This document shows, one piece after another, positions 1 to 11,318 of a DNA stretch of 64,000 nt; position 1 is the stretch's first letter, and each line of letters starts with the position of its first letter. The DNA is taken from assembly GCA_021613535.1 (NCBI GenBank), contig CP075497.1, positions 3,286,001 to 3,350,000 of the forward strand, read 5' to 3'. The notes under the pieces are model-generated. The model saw only the letters and a list, made by a program, of their open reading frames with translations, ran no database searches and was not told the origin of the DNA. Source of the DNA: Adineta vaga. Taxonomy: Eukaryota; Animalia; Rotifera. The position numbers were made by a program, and so were the translations under genes.

Positions 1-657
1 CACAAGAATTAGAATTGAAAAAATTTGATCCGTAGTCTAAATTACACGATAACTCTCATGTGATACTGAATAGTAAATATTAAATAGTTTACATTGATTC
101 TTTTGTAAGATCAATTCATTTACACATTTTAATGGACAATCTGCATATTCGAAATGATACGAAGTATTTAGTCATTTATTTGTTCACTTCCAAAATTAGA
201 AGTTCTCTCTGAAGCTTCTGTATACGATAATAAATAATCATCATTGAAACGTTAAGATTTCTTATCGCAATATGTCAGTAAGTATTGACATCCATAAACT
301 TTTCGAGCTTCATCTCTCCTATTCCAAGAGAAATATATCTCTTTTGAGATATCAAATGTCAATACTATGGATATAATGATAGTCCTTTAGTAAATGTCGT
401 ATTTTTTTTCTTAGAGATGACAATAAGTTTTTACTATATACGTATCAATTGTGTCTGTCAACAGAAATTATTCTTTTTCTAATAATTAGAATAGCATTTC
501 GTCCGAATGTTTTTCTTTCACTGGAATAAATTATGGTAGTACTTATGAGTCAGGAACAAGCATGCGTACATATACAAAAGGAAAATATATGAATAGATCA
601 ATGGTATCAAGTATCTGGTAAGTGTTATACAACTGAATAAGTTCTGCATTTCTATGC

Positions 658-1752
658 ATGTCTGTGAATAGGTTTGGTATTTTAATCTTTTTAAGTATTG
701 TGGATAATATTACATCATCATCCGTAGTAGTAATTGGACATCGTGGTGCATCTGGTTATCTTCCAGAACATACCTTACCTTCCAAAGCTCTTGCATACGG
801 TCAAGGTGTTCATTATCTCGAACAAGATGTTGCTCTATCGAAAGATAATATACCTATTGTTATTCATGATATTTATTTAGATGAAGTTAGTAATGTTGCT
901 AGTGAATTTCCTGGGCGTAATCGTTCAAATGGTCGTTTTTATGTAATTGATTTTACAGTCAAAGACATAAAACGATTACGTGCGAGTGAACGTTTCAATC
1001 GTCAAACAGGCAATCCAGTATTTCCAAATCGTTTTCCTCTTCATCAATCAACATTTCATTTAGTTACTTTAGATGAAGAACTCGAATTTATTGCTGGTCT
1101 CAATAAAGCAAATCTTGATAATAAAAGACAAGTAGGTGCTTATGTTGAAATTAAAGATATACCATTTCATGCGGCGGAAAATCGTTGGAATATAAGTGAA
1201 ATTGTTCTTGATGTCTTAAAAAAATATAATTATACAGAACGTAGTGATAACATTTATTTACAATGTTTTGATACTGACGAATTAATACGAATTCGTTTCC
1301 AACTAAAATCCCATTTGAAACTTATTGCTCTTTTAACCACTAATAGATATCGAAGTGAATATAGTCAAACAGATTATACATTTTGGACAAGTCGAAATGG
1401 AATAGCAAATTTATCAATGTTTGTTGATGGAATTGGTCCCCATCATACACAATTGTATGAACAAAATAATATCTTAGAACCATCCGAATTGTATTATGAA
1501 GCACGAAAACATAATTTAACTATTCATCCATATACATTTCGCAGTGATGTTAATTTAGAACCATTTCTCACATTTGATGTTATGTTACAATTTTTTATTG
1601 ATACTTTACAAATTGATGGTTTATTTACCGATCAACCAGATAAAGTAATTGCGTATATTAAGTCGAAAGAAGAACAATCAAATCAAGGAACAATGTTTCA
1701 TAGTTTTTCTTTTGCATTTCTCATGTTTTTCATTGTTATAATCACATTGTAA
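658..1752 (+). CDS. glpQ: Glycerophosphodiester phosphodiesterase, bacterial periplasmic GlpQ-like; intronless; N-terminal signal peptide and hydrophobic C-terminus (possible GPI/membrane anchor)
   Basis: GHRGASGYLPEHTLPSKALAY..YLEQDV..IVIHD..RFYVIDFT, EIK, IHPYTFR and IDGLFTDQPD match GlpQ-type GDPD motifs; ends FSFAFLMFFIVIITL. Confidence 0.92.
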   Translation: MSVNRFGILIFLSIVDNITSSSVVVIGHRGASGYLPEHTLPSKALAYGQGVHYLEQDVALSKDNIPIVIHDIYLDEVSNVASEFPGRNRSNGRFYVIDFTVKDIKRLRASERFNRQTGNPVFPNRFPLHQSTFHLVTLDEELEFIAGLNKANLDNKRQVGAYVEIKDIPFHAAENRWNISEIVLDVLKKYNYTERSDNIYLQCFDTDELIRIRFQLKSHLKLIALLTTNRYRSEYSQTDYTFWTSRNGIANLSMFVDGIGPHHTQLYEQNNILEPSELYYEARKHNLTIHPYTFRSDVNLEPFLTFDVMLQFFIDTLQIDGLFTDQPDKVIAYIKSKEEQSNQGTMFHSFSFAFLMFFIVIITL

Positions 1753-1799
1753 AAGCAAACCGTAGTGTGTTTTTTTCATCTAAAACAAAAATAAATTAT

Positions 1800-2400
1800 A
1801 CAACAGTCTAAATAAGTAAATGATACTTTTTGAGTACATCAAAACTATGAAAAAGTTCCTGTATAACTGTAATCATAATAAACAGAAATGATTTCATTTG
1901 GTATGAATATCTTTCTCTTAAATAATAGTAATACCATAGCTTTACATAAACAAACATTGATATATTCGTCTGGAAAATGTTGACCACGAATGTACTAAGT
2001 ACAATCATTGTGATAGATATTTATTTGGATGCAGTATATAATGTATCTGAGGTATTTTCTGACCAAAATCGATTAGATGAAATATGTCTTGTAAATACTT
2101 TTCTTCTTACTTTTGTTGATATAAATCTATTCACAAATATAAAATTTCTCGATAACGAATCATTTTAATAGCTCAATATCGATATAATTTAGCATTTGAT
2201 TCTTATATGATATTCTGCATAGCATGGCAATCTTCGATTGACATTTTAGAATATGATAGTTTATTTTCGATGAAGCAGATAAAGTAATCACATATACTGA
2301 ATCGAAACAACAACAATCCAACCAGGGAATAAATTTTTATAGCTTTTCTTTCGTTATTTTCATGTTCTCCATTGTAATAATTATATTTTAGAAGTGATTC
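1800..2400 (+). pseudogene. Degenerate chimeric GDPD duplication relic
   Basis: ~1800-1992 resembles ~2436-2627; ~2010-2080 resembles the intron acceptor and exon 2 start of GDPD copy 2 (DIYLDAVYNVSEVFSDQN vs DIYLDAVSDVAEVFPGRN); ~2230-2390 resembles the 3' end of GDPD copy 1 (~1590-1752); no intact ORF. Confidence 0.8.
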
Positions 2401-2666
2401 CTATCCTTTTCCATGTAAAACAGAAATAAATCACACAACAGTCTAAACAAGTAAATGAAACTTTTTGAGTACATCAAGACTGTGAAAAGGTTTCGGTATA
2501 ACGACTATCAAAATAAACAGAAATGATATTCTTTGTTTGAATATCCTTCTCTTAAATAATAGTAACAATATAGTTTTGCATAAACATACATTGATATATT
2601 CGTCTAGAAAAGGTCGAGCACGAATGCCATAAATACAATTATTTTCGTTTGTATTTGCTGCCATTC

Positions 2667-3844
2667 ATGATGATATTCCAATTATGGTTAAGTACTCTAT
2701 TGTTGTTTTGTACTTTGAAAGATGTCCAAGGTCGATATCGACCAACTGTTATTGGTCATCGTGGTACAGCTTATCTACCTGAACTTAGTTTAGCAACGCA
2801 AGCGATGGGTTATGCATATGGTGCAGATATTGTTGAAATCGATGTTTGCCTGAGTCAAGATGATCAACTAATTGTCATACATGGTAAAAGTTGTATGAAG
2901 TATAAATGTTTGTAACTGATTTTGTTTTGATAGATATCTATTTGGACGCAGTAAGTGATGTAGCTGAAGTATTTCCTGGTCGAAATCAATCTGATGGTCT
3001 TCATTATGTCATTGATTTTACTCTTGAAGAGTTACGTCGTTTGAATATTCACGAACGTACAATACCATTCAACGGTACACAACGTTTCCCCTTACGATTT
3101 CCTTCAAATGCAAATGTTTCGTTTCGTCTTTCAACTCTGAATGAATCCATTGAATTATTACTTGGTCTTAATCGTGCAACTGGACAACAACGTCAACTTC
3201 TAATTGAAATCAAAAAACCTGAATATCATTTTCTATATAACAAATCTATTTCGTCTTCTGTATTAAGAACATTAGAAGCATACAATTTAACAAAATATAC
3301 CGATCCAATTATTATTCAAACATTCCATATCGAAGAATTAATTCATATTCGTCAAAATCTTCGAAGTGAATTGCGTTTATTTGCTTTGATGACATGGAAT
3401 TATATTAATGAATCATCAAGTAATTATGATTTTTATCGAAGTCGAGAAGGCATTAGAAATTTATCAACTGTTGTTCAAGCTATTGCACCATTACATGAAT
3501 TTCTTGTTAACTATGATTCAAACGGTGCAATCTTAGGTATGAGTAATTTGACAGCATGGGCACACGAATACGATCTTCACGTCTATCCATTTACATTTCG
3601 ACAAGATTTCTTCCCTGGTTCAAGTTTTGAACGACTTATTGAATATTTCTGGCATACTGTAAATGTAGATGGCTTTATAACTGATCATCCAGATGTAGTT
3701 CTTCGTTATTTACAAAAGAAAATAGTAACAACTACTTTAGATCATCATCATCATCATCCAAATCTCTCTTCATCCTTGTACTCATCAGTATTATTAACAT
3801 TGCTCTCAAGCATTCTGTTTCTATCCAAAATTTTCCTCTTTTGA
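2667..3844 (+). CDS. Second GlpQ-like glycerophosphodiester phosphodiesterase; 2 exons (2667-2883, 2934-3844); signal peptide and hydrophobic C-tail
   Basis: GHRG..EIDV..IVIH|DIYLD joined across a 50-nt GT-AG intron (2884-2933); VYPFTFR and VDGFITDHPD motifs. Confidence 0.9.
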
Positions 3845-3989
3845 ATACTAAAATAGTTTCTTTTTATCAAAACTTATCTTTTATATGAACTCAATTTTTA
3901 TGTCAATGTTCTGTTTATTGTTTTTGTCATAATTTACAATAAAAAGAACAATTATATAGAATGAATCATCACTTTTCTTGTTTTCATCG

Positions 3990-4809
3990 TTAATTAGCAT
4001 TTAAATGTTCAGCAACAACTTCACCAATTTTACGATAACCTTTTGAATTTGGATGTGCTGCCCCAGGTTCAGTAAGACCAGGAGCATAAGGATCTTCTGA
4101 ATACATTTCATGACCAGCAAATGCTGTTTTGACGGATCCAATAAATCCAAAACCAACTTCTTCTGCTGCAGCTTTAACTGTATCTGAAAGGACATCCATC
4201 AAACGATGTGCATTGCCTTCATTAGGAATTTTATTTCCAACACTCAGAAAATCAACATACGGTACAGCATAAACCTTGGTACCTGGACGAACAGCTCCTT
4301 TGATTAATTTATAAGTGAATACAAGCTGTGGTTTAAGTGCAACTGTTCTATTTGCTGCTCCAGCATAGTCATTATATAATACAACTTGTTGAATTAATTG
4401 ACTTACACCTAGATCATTACCACCGATTGTAAAAACAACATGAGTTGCACTAGCTAATACGGATCCAGCTGTTGATAGTTGTGATGGTATATTTCCCGTT
4501 TTGGCTCCACCGACAGCAAAGTTTCTTGCTTGCCAATTGAGAATTTTACCTGCGATCAGAGGATATGATCCTGTTCCACCACTTGTGTACGAATCACCAA
4601 AACCAAGTATTAAATTGCTCGCTAATCAAATAGAATAAGAGAGAAAATATTACATCGCAAACTCATTACTCTTTTGATTCTTTCTCAAAATTTAATTACA
4701 GTAGACAAAAAGAATATCTACTGAATATGATCCATATGTAACACTCACATTGTTGTTGAGAAACAACGATCAGATTGAATACTAAAACGGCAAGGAATGG
4801 TCTCATCAT
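3990..4809 (-). CDS. Secreted SGNH/GDSL hydrolase (SEST-like), 230 aa; exons 4809-4749 and 4621-3990
   Basis: Signal peptide MMRPFLAVLVFNLIVVSQQ; block I LGFGDSY, block II AVGGA, block III TIGGNDLG, block V AAHPNSKGY; spliced length 693 nt is in frame. Confidence 0.88.
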
Positions 4810-5517
4810 TGTATTGTGCTGACAACGCCGGTAACAACAACAATAAAATAGATCATCAACTATATGAAGTAACCTATTTTACTAATTACTTTTATAACAG
4901 CGTGTTTTTTCTGCATATTAATAATAGCACCTGTGATAGAACAGTTGACACTCTTATATTTTAAGATAAGTATTAATATGAGAATGAGTTGAAACGATGC
5001 ACCTGTTCTACATACAAAGAGAACGCCGTGTCTCTTAAATAAAAATAATTTCGTTACTATGTAAGTGTGAAACTATATACAGAAATTGCAATGAAAGGCA
5101 AGGGCTATACTCTCTTTTACTGAAAAACTCGATCAGGTTTACTACTTAATCTCGCAGGCATCATATTTCAGAAAAAAAGAATCTATCACCCTGAATTTAT
5201 ACTACTAGTACAATGATTGTGTTCTTATCAATATTGTATACATGTATGAAAGTTAACGAAGTTCGTATTATACACATAATATTTATCACGACTATTAATT
5301 AAGAATAAACTACTTTAGCACAGAATAGAATATTATTTGTTTACAATACTTCTCTACAACTCAAATACAATAATGTATTGATCTTTAAAAAATATGTGAT
5401 TACTGTTGCGCACATGATTACAATTGCAATTTTGTGTTTATGTATAGTCATTGATTTTATTTTTTCACTGAAAAACAAAACAATATAAGAGAATCAACAC
5501 TTTTCTTGTTTTTATCA

Positions 5518-6316
5518 TCAGTTGGCTTTTAAATGTTCAGCAACAACTTCACCAATTTTACGATAACCTTTTGCATTTGGATGTGCTGCACCAGATCCAG
5601 TCAGACCAGGAGCATAAGGATCTTCTGAATACATTTCATGACCAGCAAATGCTGTTTTGACGGCAGCAATATATCCAATACCAGCTTCGTCAGCTGCAGC
5701 TTTAATTGTATCTGCTATTACAGTCACCAAACGATGGGCATCGTTTTCATTGGGAACTTTGTTTCCAACGCTGAGGAAATCAACATAAGGTAAAGCATAG
5801 ATTTTAGTACTTGGACGAACAGCTCCTTTGATTAATTTATAAGTTAATACAAGTTGTGGTTTGAGTGCTATTGCTTTAGCTGCCACCATCGTGTAATTAT
5901 TTTTCAGAATAACCTGTTGAATAGCATCTCTCAATCCGAGGTCATTACCGCCAGTAGTCAAAACAATATGAGTTGCTCTTTGGAGGAAAAGACCAGTACA
6001 GATAATTGTCTTGGAATATCTGTTGTCAATGATCCACCTTTAGCGACGTTTTTGGCTTCCCAATTGAGTATTTTACCTGCGATTAGAGGATATGATCCTG
6101 TTCCACCAGCTGTGTACGAATCACCAAAACCAATGATTAGATTGGTTGCTATTCAAATAAAATAATAATAATAATAGAAGACAGATATTATTTTATTTCA
6201 AGACACATTTATTTGAAAATATTTTTCCTAGGATAAGTTTATGTGTAATACTAACATTGTTGTTGAGAAGCAACGATCAAGTTGAATGCTAAGCAAGCGA
6301 AGAATGGAGCCAACAT
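5518..6316 (-). pseudogene. Tandem paralog of the SGNH hydrolase with a 1-nt deletion frameshift near 5997 (recent pseudogene or assembly error); exons 6316-6256 and 6148-5518
   Basis: Same intron position, IGFGDSY, TGGNDLG, AAHPNAKGY; spliced length 692 nt vs 693 for the paralog; frame breaks at TCT GTA -CT GGT and gives a premature TGA. Confidence 0.8.
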
Positions 6317-7019
6317 TGTATGTACTACAGCAATTGATTAAGGAGTTACCAACTGATTGAAAAATCGCTTTGTACTGGTTCCTTTTATAATTGTGCGATT
6401 TGTTTTTTTCTTGTCGTGATAATAACATTTGTGACCGAAAAGATACTGAAGTCAGGATTAATCAAACGACTTCAGTAGAAAAAAGTACACATGTACCTAT
6501 TCACGTGCAATCATAACGCCTCTGCTTTCAATACCAAAAACAATTTGATTATCTTTTTTCGACACAAAAGAATAAAATGATTTTTTTTTATTGAGAACGA
6601 AATCACAGCTGCTAATATGTGTAAGAGATGTTTTCATTGATTTCTAAAAATCGAGGATAAACGTATTCTTATCGATTAAAATACACAAAGGAAAATATGA
6701 TTTCTAAATCTGTTTTGATACGTTTGTCCTTGTTATTCAATTATGATTTTGTACACATATTAATATCAATCATATATGAACTTGAATAAAAAAAACAAAT
6801 ATTCTTTTTCGTTTCAACTTCAATCGTCGAGTATATCGAAGATATCCGAGATGTACATAGACACCCCCTTTAATAATTCGAAGTTACATCTCAGATTTCA
6901 TCGTATGTAAAAGACAAGATCAAGATATTATTGATTAACACAAAAAAAAAACGAGCGTTAACATTTCATTCTTTTGATTTCACAATATAAAACAGACGAA
7001 TTAAATTACATCAGAAAAT

Positions 7020-7701
7020 ATGCCCATTGCCAGTGGTTTCACACAAGATCCAAATCCAAATTACCTTGTATAAATCTTTAAAAAATCTCTTCTCTGATTG
7101 ATGTTTGTTTTTCTTTCCTCAATCTTTATTTATTCTTAGGTACGAAAACCAGGTAAAACAGAATATTTAGATGAATCAATTTATCATAAACAAGATCCTA
7201 CTTATGTTAGACCAGTCGAAGTATTTCTAACATAAATAGTTAATTATATACCTTTCTAAACTAAATTTCTACTAAATAGCCTGTTAAACGACCAATTATC
7301 AAGGAAACTATTTTCATGCCTGATCGTAAAGCACCACCCATCGTTTCCAATCGAGATATCTATACCGTAAATCTATATTTGCCGAAAAAATTCTCTTTAT
7401 CAACCAAATTCTAGGTTTCACCTGAACCGAATCCATCTGCTTATACAACAACAACAACAGATTCTCCACCAACGAGTTCATTCAATTTAATCCGTGCATT
7501 AGGTTTAAATGCTGATTGTCCATGTTGGTCATGGATTTGTATTCTCTTTGGTATTCTTCTTCTTCTTGGCCTTCTTGCTATGGGTCTATATTTTATTCTC
7601 GGTATGTTTATTTTTAAATCATGATTAAGAAAAATAACATAACGACTTAACAAAACAAATGTGTTATTTTCATTTTTTTAGATCGTGATAGAAAAACTTA
7701 A
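7020..7701 (+). CDS. Uncharacterised 140-aa Pro/Thr-rich protein with a single C-terminal TM helix (tail-anchored type); exons 7020-7067, 7140-7220, 7280-7366, 7415-7601, 7682-7701
   Basis: Four GT-AG introns join an open frame MPIASGFTQD...CPCWSWICILFGILLLLGLLAMGLYFILDRDRKT*; absent from the ORF track. Confidence 0.72.
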
Positions 7702-8393
7702 CCAATCATACTTCTTTTTCGTCCTCGTGCACGAACTTCTTCATATTTATTCATCGTTAATGTACGCTGTTTTTCATCTGTAATTGAACTCTTATATGCC
7801 TGAAGAATATTTGAAAAGAAAGATTTTGCTTTTTGATGTGTACAAATAATAGCACGTTCTAAAACATATAAATCTACTGCAAGTGCTTCGAGCATTTGAG
7901 TTTTATTTGGTACATGAGCACTTAAACCAAAGTCAATGAAATATAATTGCCCATTTTCTCTCAAAAGCATATTTGATGTTGTCAAATCACCATGTACAAT
8001 TTGTGCTTGATGAAGACGAGCAATAGTTGAACCGATCTTCTGTGCTAATTCTCCAAGTTTAGCTGTATTATTCTCTTGAATCAATATATCAATAACAGAT
8101 TTAACTGTAAGAGCATCATGTAAATCTTCCATAACAATAGTACGTTTAGTCCAATCAATATGATAAATTGAAGGTGTATGAATTCCTAATTGTTTAGCAC
8201 GAGTTAATAGACGAACTTCACCTTTAAGACGTTGAAGTGTAATGTTACTATCAAGATCAGGATGACGATAAGTTTTCACAAAACGTTCTTTAAGTATCGC
8301 ACGACGACCGAAATACAAACATCGAAATAAACGTGCTTCAGCACCTTGACAAATCAGTTCAATATTCGAATAGATAGGTGGAGCGGTTTCCAT
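7698..8393 (-). CDS. TP53RK: TP53-regulating kinase / Bud32 (KEOPS complex subunit)
   Basis: QGAEA, KERFVKTYRHP, HGDLTTSN, IDFGLS, AVDLYVLERA and C-terminal VRARGRKRSMIG. Confidence 0.96.
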   Translation of the reverse strand: METAPPIYSNIELICQGAEARLFRCLYFGRRAILKERFVKTYRHPDLDSNITLQRLKGEVRLLTRAKQLGIHTPSIYHIDWTKRTIVMEDLHDALTVKSVIDILIQENNTAKLGELAQKIGSTIARLHQAQIVHGDLTTSNMLLRENGQLYFIDFGLSAHVPNKTQMLEALAVDLYVLERAIICTHQKAKSFFSNILQAYKSSITDEKQRTLTMNKYEEVRARGRKRSMIG

Positions 8394-8995
8394 TTGCTTT
8401 TTCTGAAACTGAAAGGAAATATATACAATGATGTATAATCTCTAGTAAGAATGAAGCAATCCATGATTGAATTCTATCTCTCATTTCTGAATATTTCAAC
8501 TGACAAGGAAAAAAAGAGGTTAGATCTTTTGTTTTGTTTTTCATTAATTCATAAGATATTAAACTTGATTATTTGTTTGGCACAATGGAAGGAAAACAAA
8601 TGAATCGAATCGAACAACAACAACAACAACAACAATAGTAATAATAATAGTAAGAACAAATGAGAAAGAAAGAGAAATTATATGCATCAGACCATTAATT
8701 GAAGAATCAAAGACAAAAAAGATTATACACGCGCACACACACAAAAAATATATATGTATATAGAGAAAGAAGAATCATAGATGACTGCATACACATCTGA
8801 CAAAATAATCTTGATCAATTTCGATTGACAACAACACGAACAACAAGAAAAAAAGGGAACAATAAATGTTAAGATCTGCTCGAAGCACGAAAAGAAAAAG
8901 AGAGAAAAACAAATGCATTATTGAACATAAGTTCAGTTGATTATATCAAGATGAAGAAGAAACACTGTTCAAATGCATATAGATTCGAAGTTTTA

Positions 8996-11318
8996 CTAAA
9001 GTTGTGATTCAACTAGACCTGCATATTGAGATTCAGATCTATCGAATTTATAGTTCGAATCAAAACTTGATGAATTAACCATTTGTTGTGATTGTTGATT
9101 ATGATTATGATTAGGTGTTATAGTTAATTTTTGATTAGATTTATGGTGATGTCCATTAACCATTGCAGAAACTGGTGGTAGAAGGGGAGCAGGTGGAAGT
9201 ACGATAGTGGTACCTAATCGATCGTGATTAGTTGGTTGTTGTTTAGGCTGTCGTCTTGGATCAACAGCTTGATTTGGTTTCATAATATCTTCACGATATT
9301 CATAGTTTTCTTCGTAACCTGTTGGAAAAATCATTTCATCTTCAAATTCATCAACAATAACTGGTTCCATTGGTGATGGTCGATAGATCTAAAAGAAAAA
9401 AAATTATTCTTCAATAAAAATCTTTTTTTCTATTATCTATCATACTTGTTCATAAAGTTGTCTATCCGATCGATAACTATCATATATCGCATCATGTGGA
9501 TGATGACGACGTATTAACGTAGCTGTATCATGTAATGGTATAGAAGATGACATGGAACCACCGCCAATACTTCGCAATGGGGTTGAATCAACCATTCGTA
9601 CTTCGCTATACATGGGTGGACCAAGTTGTGATCTCGAATCAATCATATCATATGGATCATAACTACCATTAGTAACAAAACTATGTTGTTCATCAGTTTT
9701 TTCTTGATAACCATTTCCATTCGCTAATAATGAACCGTTTTGATGATGATAATGAGCATCAAATAATAAAGCTTTATTTCTTTGAGCTTGTTGGCGATTG
9801 GAACGATGACAACGTACAATCCAACAAACACATAATAAAAGAAGTGCAAATATAAATAATAAAAGAAAAATACCAATAGTCCAAATCAAAATTGAACTAT
9901 CAGTTAATGCTGATGAACGACGAACACGTAATTCATAAGAAAGATATTCATTATCTGAACGTCCTTGATTACGTATTGCTGCAACACAATTATATGTTCC
10001 ATTATGTTCTGCTTCAATATTTGATATTGTTAAAGTCGTTGTTTTATTCAAACAATTGGAAGACGATGGTTCCGAATAGGATGATAAACATGAATAACGA
10101 ATTGTATATGATCCAACATGTATATCGGGTTCATTTATAGCGGATACTATTTTTCCAATAATTTTATTTTGAAAAGTCCACCATATTTCTGGTGCAGGAT
10201 CAGAATAAACCTAAATAAATTATTCATTATTAATCTTTGATAACAGTTAATAGAACTGACTATTTATCTCTCTCTCTCCCTCTCTCTCTTTATTTCATGT
10301 TTAACTACTGGCAAAATGAGAATTTCCAATTGACTTACATCACATCGAAGTGTAGCAATTTCACCTGTAGCAACAGTTAGAAATGTTAAATCAGGTTTGG
10401 ATATCAATGGTCCACAAACAAATTGTGCTTCTGATAATGAAGCAATTTTCTTATCTGCTAAAGCTTTCGGCATTTCACATTGTGGTTCATCATGATAAAT
10501 AGGATATTCAACACGATTCAGTGCATTACGTAACCATCGAAGACGACAATCACATTCCAATGGATTTGAACTTAATTTTAAATGGAAATTATTTGAAAAT
10601 GTTACATTATTTGTTAATGTTCGTAACATATTGGAATTTAAATATAATTGTTTTAAATTCTTCAATTGACTTACAATAGACATATCAACATATTGTAAAC
10701 GATTAAATGATAAATCAAGTTGTTGTAAACGTTGATATGCTCGTGTATCTGACAATGTTAAACGATGTATTTGATTATTTGAAAGAATAAGTTTTCTAAA
10801 ATAATTAGACAATAAAATATTTCTGCATTTTTTTTGGTCATATGAAATACTTACATTAAATTATTGAATTGATTATTATCATCATGTGGCATATGTTGTA
10901 ATTCATTCGATGATAAATCCAAATATTCAATAGCACGTCCAATCAATGCTAAAGCTCCATTATCAATTTGTCTCAATATACCACGTGTAACATATAAATA
11001 TCGTAAATCATTCAATTGATAAACATTATTATTTCCGTATGAAAATTGAAGTAAACCATCCGATAAAGTACGTAATTTATGATTTGTAATCGTGAGATTT
11101 GTAATCACACCTCCACGTCGTAATTTCAAATCTGATTGAATACTTAATTGTTCATGCATACACCGTTGATAAGTAACAAGTGAATCAACATTGGTACAAA
11201 TCATAGTCATACCAGTTGTATCTAGATTGCATGAACATGATAATGATTGACTATGTACAACGGCAGGAAAAGTTGTCAATGTTAAATAACAAATAAATAT
11301 AGAGACGAATAATTTCAT
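8996..11318 (-). CDS. LRR + Ig single-pass receptor (LIG family, Kekkon-like); 4 coding exons; possible PDZ-binding C-terminus (ESQL)
   Basis: Signal peptide, LRRs (LDLSSNEL, LDLSFNRL, LYLNSNML), LRRCT NPLECDCRLRW, Ig domain (ATLRC..PEIWW..GTYNCVA), TM IWTIGIFLLLFIFALLLLCVCWIV. Confidence 0.85.

Noticed and set aside
1808-2664. Two similar minus-strand ORFs (1808-2008 and 2443-2664) as a small gene family
   Set aside because: Their similarity is explained by the duplicated intergenic block of the GDPD relic
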